Shown here in pieces: positions 40,297 to 56,800 of a stretch of DNA of 64,000 bases. The notes below the pieces were generated by a model. The model was given only the letters and a program-made list of their open reading frames with translations. It was not told the DNA's origin and did not search any database. The position numbers were made by a program, and so were the translations under genes. Each line of letters starts with the position of its first letter. The first letter of the stretch is position 1. Origin of the DNA: Octopus vulgaris (lineage: Eukaryota); NCBI GenBank assembly GCA_951406725.2, contig OX597827.1, positions 80,910,001 through 80,974,000 on the forward strand, in the 5' to 3' direction.

Positions 40297-40710
40297 AACA
40301 GTGAACATTGGACATGTATTATATGTGATTCTAGTCTGTTGTCAAAAGCAGGATACACGAACTCTATGAAGTCACATGAAAATCGAAATGGCCAGATAGG
40401 GAATGATCTTGGACAGCAACCACCTCTTAAGACTTGTGACATATCTCAAAAACCTTGTAAGACAATATCTGGACTTGAAAGACGTATGTCAGTTCACAAA
40501 AACATTCCTTCAGAATCAGATTCCAAAGGGCAAAGATATACAAGAAACTTAAATAATATCTGTCACTTGTGTTTTAAAGCTCGTCTATCAGCAGCTGGTC
40601 TTAAAAGTCATTTAAGGGTCATCAATGGAGTGATTGTACTGTGTGATGGGGTGTGGTGTGTGTGTGTTGATTGGCCGGCTATCATCTCTCAGGATGAAGC
40701 AATCATCATA
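40297..40710 (+). pseudogene. Three degenerate C2H2 zinc fingers, probably a LINE (RTE-like) ORF C-terminus plus 3' UTR
   Basis: In one frame: WTCIICDSSLLSKAGYTNSMKSH; TCDISQKPCKTISGLERRMSVH; ICHLCFKARLSAAGLKSHLRV (C-x2-C-x12-H-x3-H spacing, ligands mutated); no TGEKP linkers. Confidence 0.6.
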
Positions 40711-40719
40711 TATGTATAT

Positions 40720-41128
40720 CAGGTACGTGTTGCCTAGGTAGGCAATGTAGGTACTGCCTACCTTGAATAAAATAGATCGTTAGCAACATTTTCCTTTTAT
40801 GCCAAAATATGCACCTAATTCAATAAAATTATGAAGGTTACTCTGATTACTATGCATAAAATACAGAATATTTTATATTTTTGTAGATTAGGTGGGCATA
40901 ATTCACCCCTGCCTTTCAATCTCAGTATTTAAGCTACACATAGCACTACTGTAGTACACATGCTGTGTACATTCCTACAATAACGTTTTTTTTTACGTTC
41001 TAGAAAGGCAGAAATAAATCTGCCTTCAACTCAGTCCCGCATCTGTGTTTTGCCTATTTTTTTGTGTGTTTTACTGCATAAATGTCACCAACTGCCTACC
41101 CTGAGTAATTACTGATGGTACATGCCTG
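40720..41128. mobile_element. Probable decayed hAT-type MITE
   Basis: Ends caggtacgtg... / ...tacatgcctg; ggtaggca/tgcctacc subterminal motifs at both ends; flanks atgtatat / atatatat (near 8-bp TSD). Confidence 0.5.
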
Positions 41129-42009
41129 ATATATATATATATACACAACACAGACAAAGGCAAGCAGCAAAGGCTGTATAGTTAGTTTGTTTGCCATGGA
41201 ACCATGAGTTTTGGGATTTCATCCAACTGCATGGCACCTTGGACAAATGTCTTTTACAACAGTGTCAGATTTACCAATAACTTAGCCTTGGAATTCAGTA
41301 GAAAGAGGATGTTGTATAAAGAATTGTCATTTGTCTGTCTGTCTGTCTATTTCCCATCAGTCTCTCCATTTTTCTTTATCTGTCTGTCTGTCAGTATGTC
41401 TGTGTGTACCTATAAACCCGAATGTCTTTGTGTTAACACTGCTCAGTCAGCTGTGATGTTTATGTCTCCCCCCACCTCATGTCTATCCTATAAACAAAAT
41501 GTCTTCCTTGGTGGTTTGACAGGTGAAGAATTATTGAAGAAAATGTGTTGAGTTATTAAAACAAGAAAAGGTTGATGACTGGAAGAGCTTCTGGGTAGTT
41601 GAGGATTGTGTTGAGAAGCCTTGTCTAAGCCATTCCAGCACAGAGAGAAAGACAAGATGTGAAGCAATGATGGTGATGAGGATGGCGAGAAAGGTGATGA
41701 TGATGATAGACAATATTCTACATTCTGTCAGGAGACATCTGTTCCACAAGGATCTATTCTTGGTCGCCTGATGTCTGTTGCATATATCAACGAAATAGTT
41801 GTCAACTTGAAGCATGTTACTGTATCAAAATATACAGAAAACATTAAAGCTGTACCTTGAGATAAAATTTAAAAAAAGCCTCTATACACTCTAGATCTTT
41901 CTATTAATTTGACCTGGACACAATGCAGCAATAGATGGCTGACTGGCAACTCATGCTGGCAGTATACAAACGCATCTCTATACATACTGGGAGGAAAAAT
42001 CTGGAATTT

Positions 42010-42274
42010 GCACGTGGCTTAGTGGTTAGGAAGTCAGCACCATGATCGTAAGATTGTGGTTTCGATTCCAGGACCAGGCAATGCGTTGTGTTCTTGAGCA
42101 AAACACTTCATTTCATGTTGCTCCAGTTCACTCAGCTGGCAAAAATGAGTAACGCTGCAATGGACTGGCGTTCCGTCCAGCTGGGGAACACATACACCAT
42201 AGAAACCGGGAAACCGGGCCCATGAGCCTGGCTAGGCTTTAAAAGGGCGCATTTATGTATTTATTATTATTATA
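42010..42274 (+). mobile_element. Third tRNA-derived SINE type (CORE-like plus V-like segments), (TTA)n tail
   Basis: A box tggcttagtgg, B box gtttcgattcc, tgttcttgagcaaaacacttc, ctgcaatggactggcgttccgtccag. Confidence 0.8.
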
Positions 42275-43507
42275 ACACTAACCTAAAGAAGTCTTCTGGT
42301 GTTGGACAAACCCCATTTCTAAACTCATCAAAAAAGTTAAAGATGTCTTAGCATCACTCAGTAAGGTCTTTGTCAGCCACTCACTCTGTTATCTTTTCCA
42401 AATTGCATATGGCTTTGGCACCTGTGCACAATTTGCATGTCCAGTCTGAAACACGCATCTTGTTCGGAGTATCATTGTACAGGAAGCTGTTCAAAGATGA
42501 GCAACCAGATGAATGCCCTCCATTAGTAACCATATTGCTTCCCTGGCTACGCTTATAAAACCACAAAACAAAGCAACACCCGTGACTTGCATACAATTCT
42601 TTCAGGCTCAGAATTATCAAAGAATAGAATAAACAACACAAGTCATTTGTTAAGACACTTGTCTTCTTCAAACATTTCATGCCCTCACCCCGCCCCAACA
42701 TAACCCCTGTCACACCTGTGTTACCTTTCTGCTTTATCACTCATTTTCTGTTCACTTTTCTCTTTATTTTTGTGCTTTATTCTCAGCTCCTGGCCCACAC
42801 TTCTTGCTAGCATTGCTGTCTTTTCATGCCTTCCATTATTGCTGCTTTCTGTCCCCTTTTGCAACCCTATTCTCATATATATATATATATACATATATAT
42901 AAACATATATATACATGTATGTAAATATGTGTTGGGGCGGAGGGTTGCCCTCCACTTTTTGACAAACGGTTGGTGAGTTTATGTTTCTGTAACTTAGCAG
43001 TCCAGCAAAAGGGAACAATGGAATAAATACCAGGCATTGCAAAAAAACAAACAAAAAAAAACAAAACAAAAAGTAGAAACAAAAAACAGGATTGATTTGT
43101 TCAACTAAAATTCTTCAGGGTGATGTTCCAGTATGGCCACAGTCAAATCACTGAGAAAAGTGAAAGGTGAAAAGCTAAAAGGTGCTATATATAACACTGA
43201 AACAACAAACGCATCTATAGAACACACACATACACACCATATCTAGAGAACATTCCATATATATAAATATAAACACCATCAATGGTGGTGCCCCAGCATG
43301 GCCGCAGCCTCAAGGCTGAAACATATGAAAGAATAAAAGAATAACAAACACAACACAAATACAACATAAATACTACACACTCATGCCGCACATACATATA
43401 TATATATATATAACATATATACACCCCATACAATAATGCACATATGCACTGTATATATATGTATACATATACATACATATATACATATATATATGTATAT
43501 ATATATA

Positions 43508-43547
<40 letters not shown>

Positions 43548-43626
43548 TATACATGCATAAATATATATATATACATATACATATTTATAGATGTATAAAT
43601 ATATATATACATATACATACATATAT

Positions 43627-43688
<62 letters not shown>

Positions 43689-43689
43689 G

Positions 43690-44103
43690 TATTCTTTTAT
43701 TTGCTTCAGTCATCTTGACTGTGGCCATGCTGGAACACCACCTTTAGTCTAAAAAACAGCCCCAGGATTTATTCTTTGGAAGCCTAGTACTTATTCTATC
43801 AGTCTCTTTTGCTGAACTGCTAAGTTATGGGGACGTAAACACAGCAACATCGGTTGTCAAGCGATGGTGGGGGACAAACACAGACACACAAAAACATACA
43901 CACTTATATACATACATACATACATATATATATATATATACGACAGGCTTCTTTCAGTTTCCATTTACCAAAACCACGCACAAGGCTTTGGTCGGCCTGA
44001 GGCTATAGTCGGAGATACTTGCCCATGGTGCCATGCAATGGGACTGAACCCAGCACCATGTGGCTGGTAAGCAAGCTTCTTACCCCACAGCCACTCCAGC
44101 GCC
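43690..44103 (-). mobile_element. Full-length tRNA-derived SINE with CORE-like segment and internal (TA/TG)n
   Basis: Head ggcgctggagtggctgtggggtaag (A box), ggttcagtccc (B box), ccatgggcaagtatct; tail ggtgttccagcatggccacagtc. Confidence 0.85.
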
Positions 44104-44118
44104 TGTATATATTATATG

Positions 44119-44215
<97 letters not shown>

Positions 44216-44354
44216 TAGATAGATAAATATACACAAAGCAATACACAACTCATATATTCCATATAATCACACACACACACATACATAGACATACGTACAC
44301 ATATACACACACCCCCAATAACTCAGAGACATATTCCAGAATACACAACACCTA

Positions 44355-44418
<64 letters not shown>

Positions 44419-45891
44419 ACATATTGAAACAAAATTCAGAACACACACACACACACACACACACAGACATGGATACACTATAGAAAGTGTTAGAGTTTAT
44501 GGACACACTCAATGCACAACACACACATACACGCAAACACAAAACATGTTGACATATACACAGAGTGCAGTACACACAAACACACACACAAACACACACA
44601 CACATGCTGCCTACAAAGAGACAATATACAATAACAAGCTGTACGCATACACACAGACACACACACGCGCGAGGAGTGTGCAGAAAGCGAGAGAGAGAAA
44701 GAGAGAGAGAGGGAAAGGAAGGAGACAACAGCGAGAGAGGAGCAGAGAGGGAGAGAGAGGGAGAGTTCAGTAACATTTTTGATCCAACACATGCGTTCGC
44801 CTGTCAAAGCGTGAGGTTTGTTAGCCGTGTTACATAGAGTCACAGCTGTGTTACATACAGTCACACCCATGGTGGGATACTTCGTCACACTAATTATGGA
44901 CATTAATTAGAGGTAGGTTCATTACTTTTCTGCACTTTGACCTCAACATTTCCTGTGTGTAGATAGATGTATGCACATATATATATATACACATACATAT
45001 ATATATATATATATGTATGTATATATGTATATATATAATATATATGTATATATATATGTGCATACATATATAAATCTATGTATATGTGTGTGTGTGTATG
45101 TAAATGTATGTATATGTGTGTGTATAAATATATATGTGTCTATGGATGTTGACATGTCCATGTGCTCATTTGTATACATTCATGTGTGTGAGTGCATCGG
45201 TATATACATCGGCATGCATGAGTGAGTCGCATTCAGTATATAATTGCGTGTGTATGTGAGTGTGTGTATGTGTGTGTGTGTGCATATATATGTGATATGC
45301 CTGTGTGTATATACCGTGTGTGAACATATTTTGTATCTGTATGCCATGTGCTTATATATTTACAAATGCATGTTATGTATGCGCGTATGTGTATATATAA
45401 GTTAGTGTATAGCTGGAATACATGTGTGTATATGTAGACTTTTTTGTGTGTGTGTGTATGTGCCTATGTGTGTTGTGTATGAGGGTATGTGTGTGTGTGC
45501 TTATGCTATCTGTGTGTTTTTCGCGTATATTTACTGGTGTATGCCTTCTGTATGTATGTATATGTGTGTATTTACAAGTGTTGATTGTATTTTGTGTATG
45601 TGTGTAGATGCATTGGTGCTTTGTGTATATACAATTATATATCATTGAATGGATTTGCTAAAAAAACCCCCCAAAAAACCCAGGAAACTAGAAATAAACC
45701 AAGAATACAAAAATATATATTAATAAATGTTTTTCTTTTATTTTTTGTCTAACTGGTAGAAGTTACAAAGTGGCCCAAGGGCCGAGAGCTTCAGGTTTGC
45801 AAACCCTCAGCCTACCAGTTACTTCATAACTTCTACACATTAAATAATATATATATATATATATATACATTCTTTTTTATATATACATACA

Positions 45892-45997
<106 letters not shown>

Positions 45998-46029
45998 TAT
46001 ATATATTAAATATATAAAATATAATATAA

Positions 46030-46078
<49 letters not shown>

Positions 46079-46128
46079 AATAAATAAATAAATAAAATGC
46101 ATATATATTTATTTATCTCTCTCTCTCC

Positions 46129-46210
<82 letters not shown>

Positions 46211-46364
46211 ATATATATATGTATATATAGATATATAGAGATATAAATATATATATAAATACATATACATATATATATATATATGTACATATAGACAGAT
46301 AGATATAGATATAGCTATATACATATGTGTATATGCATATGTATATATATATATAAATATATAT

Positions 46365-46425
<61 letters not shown>

Positions 46426-46487
46426 CATTTGTTTGAATGTGTGCATATATACGTGTGTGTGTGTGTGAGTGTATGTATATATGTATG

Positions 46488-46523
<36 letters not shown>

Positions 46524-46606
46524 TATATGTCCTGGTATAATACATAAAAATCATACATATGTATATATATAATCTATATGCATATATTTATATATGTATG
46601 TACATA

Positions 46607-46658
<52 letters not shown>

Positions 46659-46760
46659 TACATATACATAAATATATATGTGTGTATATATATTTATGTA
46701 TAAGTATATGCATGTATATGTTTATGAATATGTATGTATACACACACACACACATACATG

Positions 46761-46878
<118 letters not shown>

Positions 46879-47198
46879 CACATTCTTATATGAATATTTC
46901 TATAATTATTATATATTGTACAAGTTTTTTTGTGAAAACCCTTTATTTATTTTGAACAAGATTGTTGACAATTGCTTTAAGTACAGTATATTACTGGTAT
47001 GTAGGTACCACACCACCACCACCACTACCTTACTACTGCATCTCTATCATCATCATCATCATCATCATCATCACTATACACTACGTCCTCTGCTATATCA
47101 ACAAAAAAACCCACCATCACCAGCACCACCACCGCCATTTTGTAAAGGTGGTGGTGTGTTTTTTGTGATGATGACAATGGTAATGATGGTGATGATGG

Positions 47199-47233
<35 letters not shown>

Positions 47234-47371
47234 GTGATGGTGATATAGCTCTGTGAACTAGCAAACCTTTAACGAAAATGAATGGAATGGCAGCCACCAC
47301 ATCTCTTCTCATGCCCACCACCACATAACAGAGATGAAGAAACTATTACACACACACACACGCACACATGT

Positions 47372-47405
<34 letters not shown>

Positions 47406-47866
47406 ACCAGCCTCCAGCCTTCCTCCATCCAAACAAAACAGACAAGTTGACTCCCTTTCACACCATCTCACACTGTTCGTATACCTGCATCAGCCCTTTA
47501 AGGCTTTCACACAACTAGCTCTGTAAGGGACATTCCCTTCATTGATCTACCCTATCTTGACCCCTAAATAATTTGACTGAGGTATAGATTGACCCTTCTA
47601 AGGTTCACAATTCATTTTAGTTGTTCCAAACATAATTGGACTTTAGATGTACACTCTCGCCCCCTCATCTCTCTCTGTCCCTCTTTGTCTCTCTTTCATA
47701 CACATATGCACTATACATGCAACCATCCATCCATCCATCTCTGAATACATACATACATAGATACATATATACATACATACACACACACGTGTGTGTATGT
47801 GTGTGTATGTACACATACACATTTATAAATTTACATACATCCATATTTATTTATCTCTCTGTATGT

Positions 47867-48219
<353 letters not shown>

Positions 48220-48270
48220 CATATGTTGTATATGCATGTACACACACACATATGTATGTATGTATGTATT

Positions 48271-48311
<41 letters not shown>

Positions 48312-49776
48312 CACCATAACTATCTCTCTTTTCTCTGTGAAAATGTGAAAATATCAAGAAGATAAAGCGTGATTAGAACCGTGGATAGTTGGTGTCTGCC
48401 TGTTGAGGTTGACTTAGTGTTGAGAGATTTGGTGATTTGTTCCATTATAGACCTATCAAACCCACAGCAGAATAGGAGAGGACGCAACAGATGTTGATAT
48501 GAGGATGATGAATATATTAATGATGATGATGATGATGATGGTGATAATGACAATGGTGATGGGGATGTTGAACTTTATGGTGTTGATAGTGACGATGGCG
48601 ATGATGAAAATGATGAAGGCAATGATAATGATGATGATGGTGTCTATGATGATGATAATGGTTGTAATGTGGAATGATGGTGATGATGATGATGGCTGAT
48701 GGTGGTGGTGAGGGTATACACCTACAAACATGCAGTTACACACCTCCGTTTAGTGAACAGCCACTTTTGGGTGACAAATGCCAATCCAATGACCCAGTCT
48801 TCAGCGACGTGTCAGTATTGTACATACAATAACAAAAACAAAGACCCACTGCCACACAATTTGTTGGAGGAGGGGTGGTGGTAGTAAGGGATGTTGAGAT
48901 TCTGCCCCAATATATAACCGGTACTCTGTTAATGCTTCAGTGACAATTGGTGAGGTTGACTCGAGAAGGACTTCAACTCAGGATAATGAAATATATACAA
49001 TAACAGGGTTTTTATTCTAGTAGTAGTAGTAGTATCAGCAGCAGCAGAAGCACTACTGCTGCTACTACTACTTAATCATCACTAACCACCCCTCTCTCCC
49101 CCAAATACTCTTACAACCCTAACCCCCTCACATTCCCCATAAGTCTGTGTGTCCATTCACTTCTATTCACCCTCTTCTTCCTCCAAGGACCACTCTGGTC
49201 ACTCAATGTGGGTAACCATGTAGCTCCTATACAGTTAGAAACCTGTCCTGTTTTGGCCCCTTTTCTCATACTTTAAACCCTCATCACCTAGCAAATCTGG
49301 TGCCTCCTTCTCTGCTGTAGCCCCACTTAGTCAAAGGTGATCTTAGTCGTGCAAGTTGCTTGGTGGCCTCTCTGGTGCTGGTGCCATGATAAAAGCATCT
49401 GGTACCCTTTGTGTAGGGGTTGGCACTTGGCAGGGCATCCAGCCATTGACACCATTCCAAAGCAGAAACTGGAGCTCAAGGCAGCCCTCGGAGCTGTCAA
49501 ATCTTGTCAGACTGACCAACCGACGACAGCACAGGAAACAGGTGTTAAATGATGATGATGATGATGAGGATGATGATGCACAAAGCCAGCAGTTTTGAGG
49601 TGGGTGGATGGGTGAGATTTATCAATACCATCAAAATCCAGAATTTGACTGGTCTCTTATTTTATAGACCATGAAAGGATGAAAAGCAAATTTGACCTCC
49701 GCAGGATTTGATCTCAGAATGTAAAGCATTGAAACAAATATTGCAAAATAGTTTTATCAATGATCTAATGATGAAG

Positions 49777-49807
<31 letters not shown>

Positions 49808-50095
49808 AGGTGATGATGATAGTGATGATGATGGATTAGAAACAAATGAAAGTAAAAGGGTATACATACACACACACACACAAATATATGTATGTGTTAA
49901 AACATGTCTGGATTACATGTGTCAGCTGAGGTCAATCATGGAAGCCTCAAGAGATCCTGGAATCTATCAACTTCTGGATTGTCCTTTCTCATCTCTTATT
50001 CCACAGTCTACATGCATTTATTGATAGGAGATCCAGCCACTCTCATCCAGCTGTCAGCAATATCTATCTATCTATCTATCTATCCAGCTATCTAG

Positions 50096-50182
<87 letters not shown>

Positions 50183-50982
50183 TATATATATATGCATATA
50201 TATATGTATATATATATGTATAATTATATATTTTTTCATATATGTATATAATGTATATTTATGCATATATATATATTTGTGTGTATATATCTATATCTAC
50301 ATATTTACATAGACATTAATTGAGGTTGATAGTTCATGTGAAACTTTATATACCTATCTATAAATAGATAAATAAACAGAAAAATATGTGTGCATGCAAG
50401 GTGGTGCCCCAGCATGGCCAGAGTCAGATGACTGATACAAGCAAAACAGTAAAAAGAATGCACTGAGGAGTACACATGTGTAAGCACGTATATGTGTATG
50501 TGTGCATATGCGTATGTGTGCGTTTGCCCTTGTCTTGACACTGCACTTGTTCACCGTTAACAGACCTTTCTTGTCACAAAAGAGCAGTGTTGCTTGGTTG
50601 CAATCTTCCACGAAATCATGTCTAGATTAAGGGAAGATTTTACTTTGTGTTTGGAAAAATGTGTGTGTGGTCACAGGAAGAGGGTCAAGCCTCAATGAAT
50701 CTCATCTACAACGTAGAAGTAAGGGAAAGTGAGGCATTATAACAGTGATGATGACATACATCATAAAGTTATGGAATATAACAGAGAATTCAATATTGTT
50801 AATGAGTGGATGCATGTATATTAAACAGTATAATTGTTTAGTTAATCATCCATTACTGTACAGTTTCACCAGTAACATTTTGTGTTTTTATATATTTGTG
50901 AGTGTGAGTGTATGTGTGTGTCTATATGTGTGTATATGTGCATATGTGACAAAGTACTTGTATATTCCAATACAAGATAAAA

Positions 50983-51054
<72 letters not shown>

Positions 51055-52528
51055 AGAATTTCATTTTGGTAAGTTAACCTAAAGCTTTTGTTCTGTTAAA
51101 CAACAGAAATACAAGATGTGGTGGCTGTCATGCTGTATCTTATGAAGTTTATGATAGAAAACAAATCATGACTGTACTTGGTCCCTTTACAATTCGACAA
51201 GAGAAGGGGCCAATAGCCAGGACCCTACTCCATCTTTAGTACAGTTTGTATTACAAACCAGTAAGGAAGCCACTAATTGTTCTCTATCTAGTTAGAAATA
51301 GCAGCCAAATATCCCTCTAATCGCTAACATAGAAAAGACACAATAATTAATGTATTTCATGTCACAATATAGCAAAAAGGGAGGAGAGTTATTGGTAAAC
51401 ATCACTTGTGTTGGTTTGGTCTGTCTGTGTATGTGTGAATGCATGTATTCATAGGGAAAGCACAGAGGAAACTCAATACTAATACAGAGTCAATAAGTGC
51501 ACTTTTGGTAATTGGTTAGTTAATTGTCCATTGCTGTACAGTTTCACCAGTAAAAGTTTTCAAATGGTACAAGTGACACAAACGATATGTTGTCATATAA
51601 AATGCTCCATCTGTACTATTTTAAAGATTCCACTGGTGAAACTGTACAATAATGGATGATTAACCAATAACACTGTTTTATATACACATACACATTTATA
51701 TAAAATATACACAGATATAATCAAATAAAAGTGTATATGTGCATCTTTATACAATTTTAAACATACACAAGCACATTGGACTGTGTATATACACACACAA
51801 CTTATGATACATACATATTCCTATATTCAGATATATACTTGTTTTCTTGTGGACACAGGAATGGTTGATAATATACAAACACATATCAGTGTAAATGAAA
51901 ATACAAAACGTGCAAAGGATAAGAATGTCCAAGTGTTTAAGATGATTGCCTTACAATCAAAAGGATATGAGTTCAGTCCCACAACATGTCTTTTTGGGTG
52001 CCTGTTACTATACCCTGGGGGTGGGCCTTGGAATCGAAACTAGGTAGATGTAAAATGTGGGGAAAACCAGTGGGTGAATTAGGAATTCCAGCCCTGCCAT
52101 ACACTGTAGAATTGGATCTGTCTGAAATTTTTAAATGAACATGTGTCTGAGGAATACTCACCCACATGTCTTATATGATGGTGATACATTTTGTTGTAGA
52201 TACATACATTTATGAGTGTGTATAGTGAGTATAAGAGTGTATATATACTTATGGAAGAATATTTAAGGATTCTAAAATGCTAAGGCAATTACATACATCC
52301 ATATACATACATCCATATACATCCGCATATATACTCACATAATATATTTTTATGAATAGCTAGCTATGTCTTCATATATAAACTTACACATAAACGCACA
52401 AACATTTATATACACATACATATACACACACTATTGAGATTATTAGAATTAAATGTAAAAATGGTAAGTATTCCTAAATAAATTCTGGCAGAAGCTACTA
52501 CAACCCCGATATGGGAGTACTATACATA

Positions 52529-52568
<40 letters not shown>

Positions 52569-53189
52569 CTTTTATGAAGATTGTATATATTTAAATGTGT
52601 GTGTGTATATGTTGTTTTTTGTATTTATTTTTATCAGCATGCATTTGAGTACTTGTGTATATATATGTATGGAGAAAATTATTAGGATTATATACATAGA
52701 TGTGTATATAGATATATTTAAATTGAAGAAGATAATATTACTGTAAATCTATATGTCTATATCCATCAAACTCACTACACAGACACACACGCATATATAT
52801 ACATACATACATATATATATGTATATATATATATATATATATGTATAAATAAATATATATATACGTACATATATTCATTAATAAGGAAAACCACTTTTTA
52901 AAGAATCTCACAGAAAAAAAATTTCAGTTTGGGAGAAAAACTGAAGATAATTGGATGAAAAATATTTGTAGAAATATATTGGTTAATATGACACTTGCCT
53001 GTAGATATATATGAGAGTGGATGTATATATATGTGTGAGTGTGTATAATGTGACGTTTCCTCACTATGGATGTGGACTGTGTGTGTGAAGGGTAAGGGAG
53101 GTTGTGGGGTAGGTTTGCTGTGCACAGAATGATAAATATTTCTTGTGCGTGCCTGTTTGCACTCAGCTTATATATAAACAATTTCTACA

Positions 53190-53276
<87 letters not shown>

Positions 53277-53291
53277 GTATATATATGTATG

Positions 53292-53326
<35 letters not shown>

Positions 53327-53341
53327 GTATATATATGTATG

Positions 53342-53380
<39 letters not shown>

Positions 53381-53604
53381 TTGTATGTATGTATGTATTT
53401 ATCCCTGTGTACATATTAAAATATTATTTTTCAGAAAGAAATTATTTGGTTATTTATGTATACACACATACAAAGGCACATATCTGTGTGTGTAGTTGTG
53501 TGTGTGTGTGTGTGGTTGTGTGTGTATGTGGTTGTGTGTGTGCTTATTTAGATATATGCATACTTACATACACATATTTGCATACATGCTCACACGTATA
53601 CACT

Positions 53605-53684
<80 letters not shown>

Positions 53685-54225
53685 TATATAAGTATATATA
53701 TAAAATTTTAGTTATTAATGCATATGGAGATTGATTTTATGAATAGACTAAGGTCAATTTTACTTATACATTTAATAATACATATTTAAGCATACACAGA
53801 TGTACATAATCACACTCATATATATATACACACACGCATATATACACACATATATCTTGTATACAAGTACATCAAAGACTGCCAGTACATGTCACATAGT
53901 TATTTTATGGCTATATACACATTTCTCAGTATATGTAGATTCACATTTCAATGCACATTTGTATCATATATATATATACACCAGTTATCTACATACATAC
54001 CAAACTGCATACATACACACACATGCGTAAATATACACATATATATCATTATATATGGATGAAATATGCATTGTATTTATGCGTGCATTCATATACATAC
54101 ATATATACATACATGCATACAAGTGTATATATATATACACATATATGTATGTACATACATACATACATATGTATGTTTATATATGTATATATATATATAT
54201 ATATATACATACATATGTATGTTTA

Positions 54226-54293
<68 letters not shown>

Positions 54294-54451
54294 CATACAT
54301 ACACACATGATCACTCATACATGCTGAAAATATTGATGTAGACACTTATATACACGCATAAACAATATCTTTATTAAGCTCCAATAATTGTGTGTGTGTT
54401 TGTATATATATATATATAGACATAATGCATGTGTAAGCATGTATATATATA

Positions 54452-54491
<40 letters not shown>

Positions 54492-54524
54492 GACATAATG
54501 CATGTGTAAGCATGTATATATATA

Positions 54525-54573
<49 letters not shown>

Positions 54574-54949
54574 ACGTCTGTGTGTGTGTGTATAAGTAGG
54601 TATATATTTATTCATGACATCCTCAAACATTTTCTGAAATTGTGTTATTAAAGAAAATCCAACACTGGAAGACAACGACAACAACAACAATAACAATAAC
54701 AACCGCAGCAAGCACAACAACAAAGACAAAACCAGCAGCACCACCAATGACAACAACAACAACAACAGCAACAACAGTAAGCCGTGTGTTATCAGCAGGC
54801 CTATAAAGCACACAGTTTAAATATTTATGTACCTCAGTAAGTTGTGTAGAGATAAAAATGGAGCAGTTAAATTAAAATATTGGAAAAACTTTCTTGTCAT
54901 GTCAGCATCTTTATTTATTTTCGAACACAGCTTCACTTTACTACACCAT

Positions 54950-54982
<33 letters not shown>

Positions 54983-55138
54983 ATACATGTGTGTGTGTGT
55001 ATGTGCATGCACATGTGTGTGTGTACATACACACATATATATGAACATATCCATATCCATATATATATATATATATATATTCTATGTATGTGTATATATA
55101 ATTATGTGCTAGTTTACATACATGTGTGCATCTATATA

Positions 55139-55181
<43 letters not shown>

Positions 55182-55222
55182 TCACACAAATATATTAATA
55201 CACATATAAATACATAATACAT

Positions 55223-55255
<33 letters not shown>

Positions 55256-55365
55256 CATATATATATACACACACACTCATAATCATAATTTTATATGTAA
55301 TATATGCTTATATCTGTTATATAATGCATATTATATATATATATATAGAGAGAGAGAGATACATA

Positions 55366-55421
<56 letters not shown>

Positions 55422-55502
55422 CATGTATATATATATATATGTATATATATATACATGTATATATATATATATGTATGTATATATGATATATATATATATA
55501 TG

Positions 55503-55564
<62 letters not shown>

Positions 55565-56140
55565 CATGCATATATAGAAGATGGAGAGTGGAGAGTGGAA
55601 AAAAGAAAGGAGTGAAATATATAGGCATAAAAAGAGTGATAGCAAGCCAAACAGACAGACAGACACATAGACAGACAGGCAGACAGGCAAACAGACAGAC
55701 AGACAGACAGATAGATAGATAGTTAGATACGTGTGTATGTTATTTATTGATATGTTTCATGTGTGGAATTAATATTTCATCATGATAGAAGTAAAAAAAG
55801 ATATATAGATATAGATATCGCATGTCTAAAGTATCGGGGCAACATAGAGAGAGCTGATCATGAAAGAAGATATCATACAGTGGTATAAATTAGGTTATCT
55901 CTGGCAGCTGGCTTATGAATACTATATTGCATGACCATAGCACAATGCTATATCTCAGCACTACACATCAACACATACATCTGTATGTAGATATGTGTGT
56001 GTGTGTGTGTGTGTACATGTGTGCATGTATGTGTGTGTATATATATATACACACACACATATATGATTTGCATACATATGTATATAAAGAAAGAGAGTGA
56101 GAGAGAGGCACACACACATTTACAATACATACATATATAC

Positions 56141-56188
<48 letters not shown>

Positions 56189-56274
56189 TGTGTGTGTGTG
56201 TGTGTGTGTATACACATATATATATAAATATATGATATACATCTGTGTGTTATCTCATTATCACCATTATAATT

Positions 56275-56800
56275 TCAAATCCATTTTTCGTTGCTTCTAT
56301 GGTGCGGAAGTCTCCTCTCCGCCACGATGTCTCGCCAGTTCTTGTGATGCTTTGTCATCTCCTTTGTAAGGTTCCACTTTTCCTTGCTCTTCTACTTCTG
56401 CAAGTTCTCTCCACTTGAAACGCCACTTCTTCCCCCACCTCTCCTCCCCCATACACATTCCACGTCTGTCCAAGCAGAGTCTTCTCTCTCTCTTCGACAT
56501 CATATCTCATTCCTCTGACACTTATTCTTCTTCTCATCTTCTTCGCCCTCCTCCCTAGATCTTCTCTAACATTACACATTCAGTAGATCGTGTTCAGATT
56601 ACAACTTAACATCCTTCGGACATCCCCCCCCCTCGCCCACATTCAAAGCCCATGGTCAGCTACCATGCAGCACCACACTTGGCACACAGCCTTACACATT
56701 CTGCTCTTTACCTTAAATCCTTTTCTAACAAGTTCATGTAATGGTTCCCTCAATTTCCCAGACTTACAGAACCTCTTGGAATCTATTCCATGCTTGATAT
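56275..56800 (-). mobile_element. Highly decayed RTE ORF C-terminal fragment
   Basis: Frame-hopping similarity: CNV..., ERRLC..., KKWR.., VERTCRSRRARK (compare VEG.CGRGRPRK). Confidence 0.5.

Noticed and set aside
42010-42075. tRNA gene
   Set aside because: A/B boxes continue into a SINE body and tail; no proper acceptor stem.
42381-42740. 119-aa ORF with CxxC, possible transposase zinc-finger relic
   Set aside because: Similarity too faint to support by eye.
54600-54782. Second low-complexity exon candidate ending in gtaagc
   Set aside because: No convincing polypyrimidine tract or acceptor upstream.
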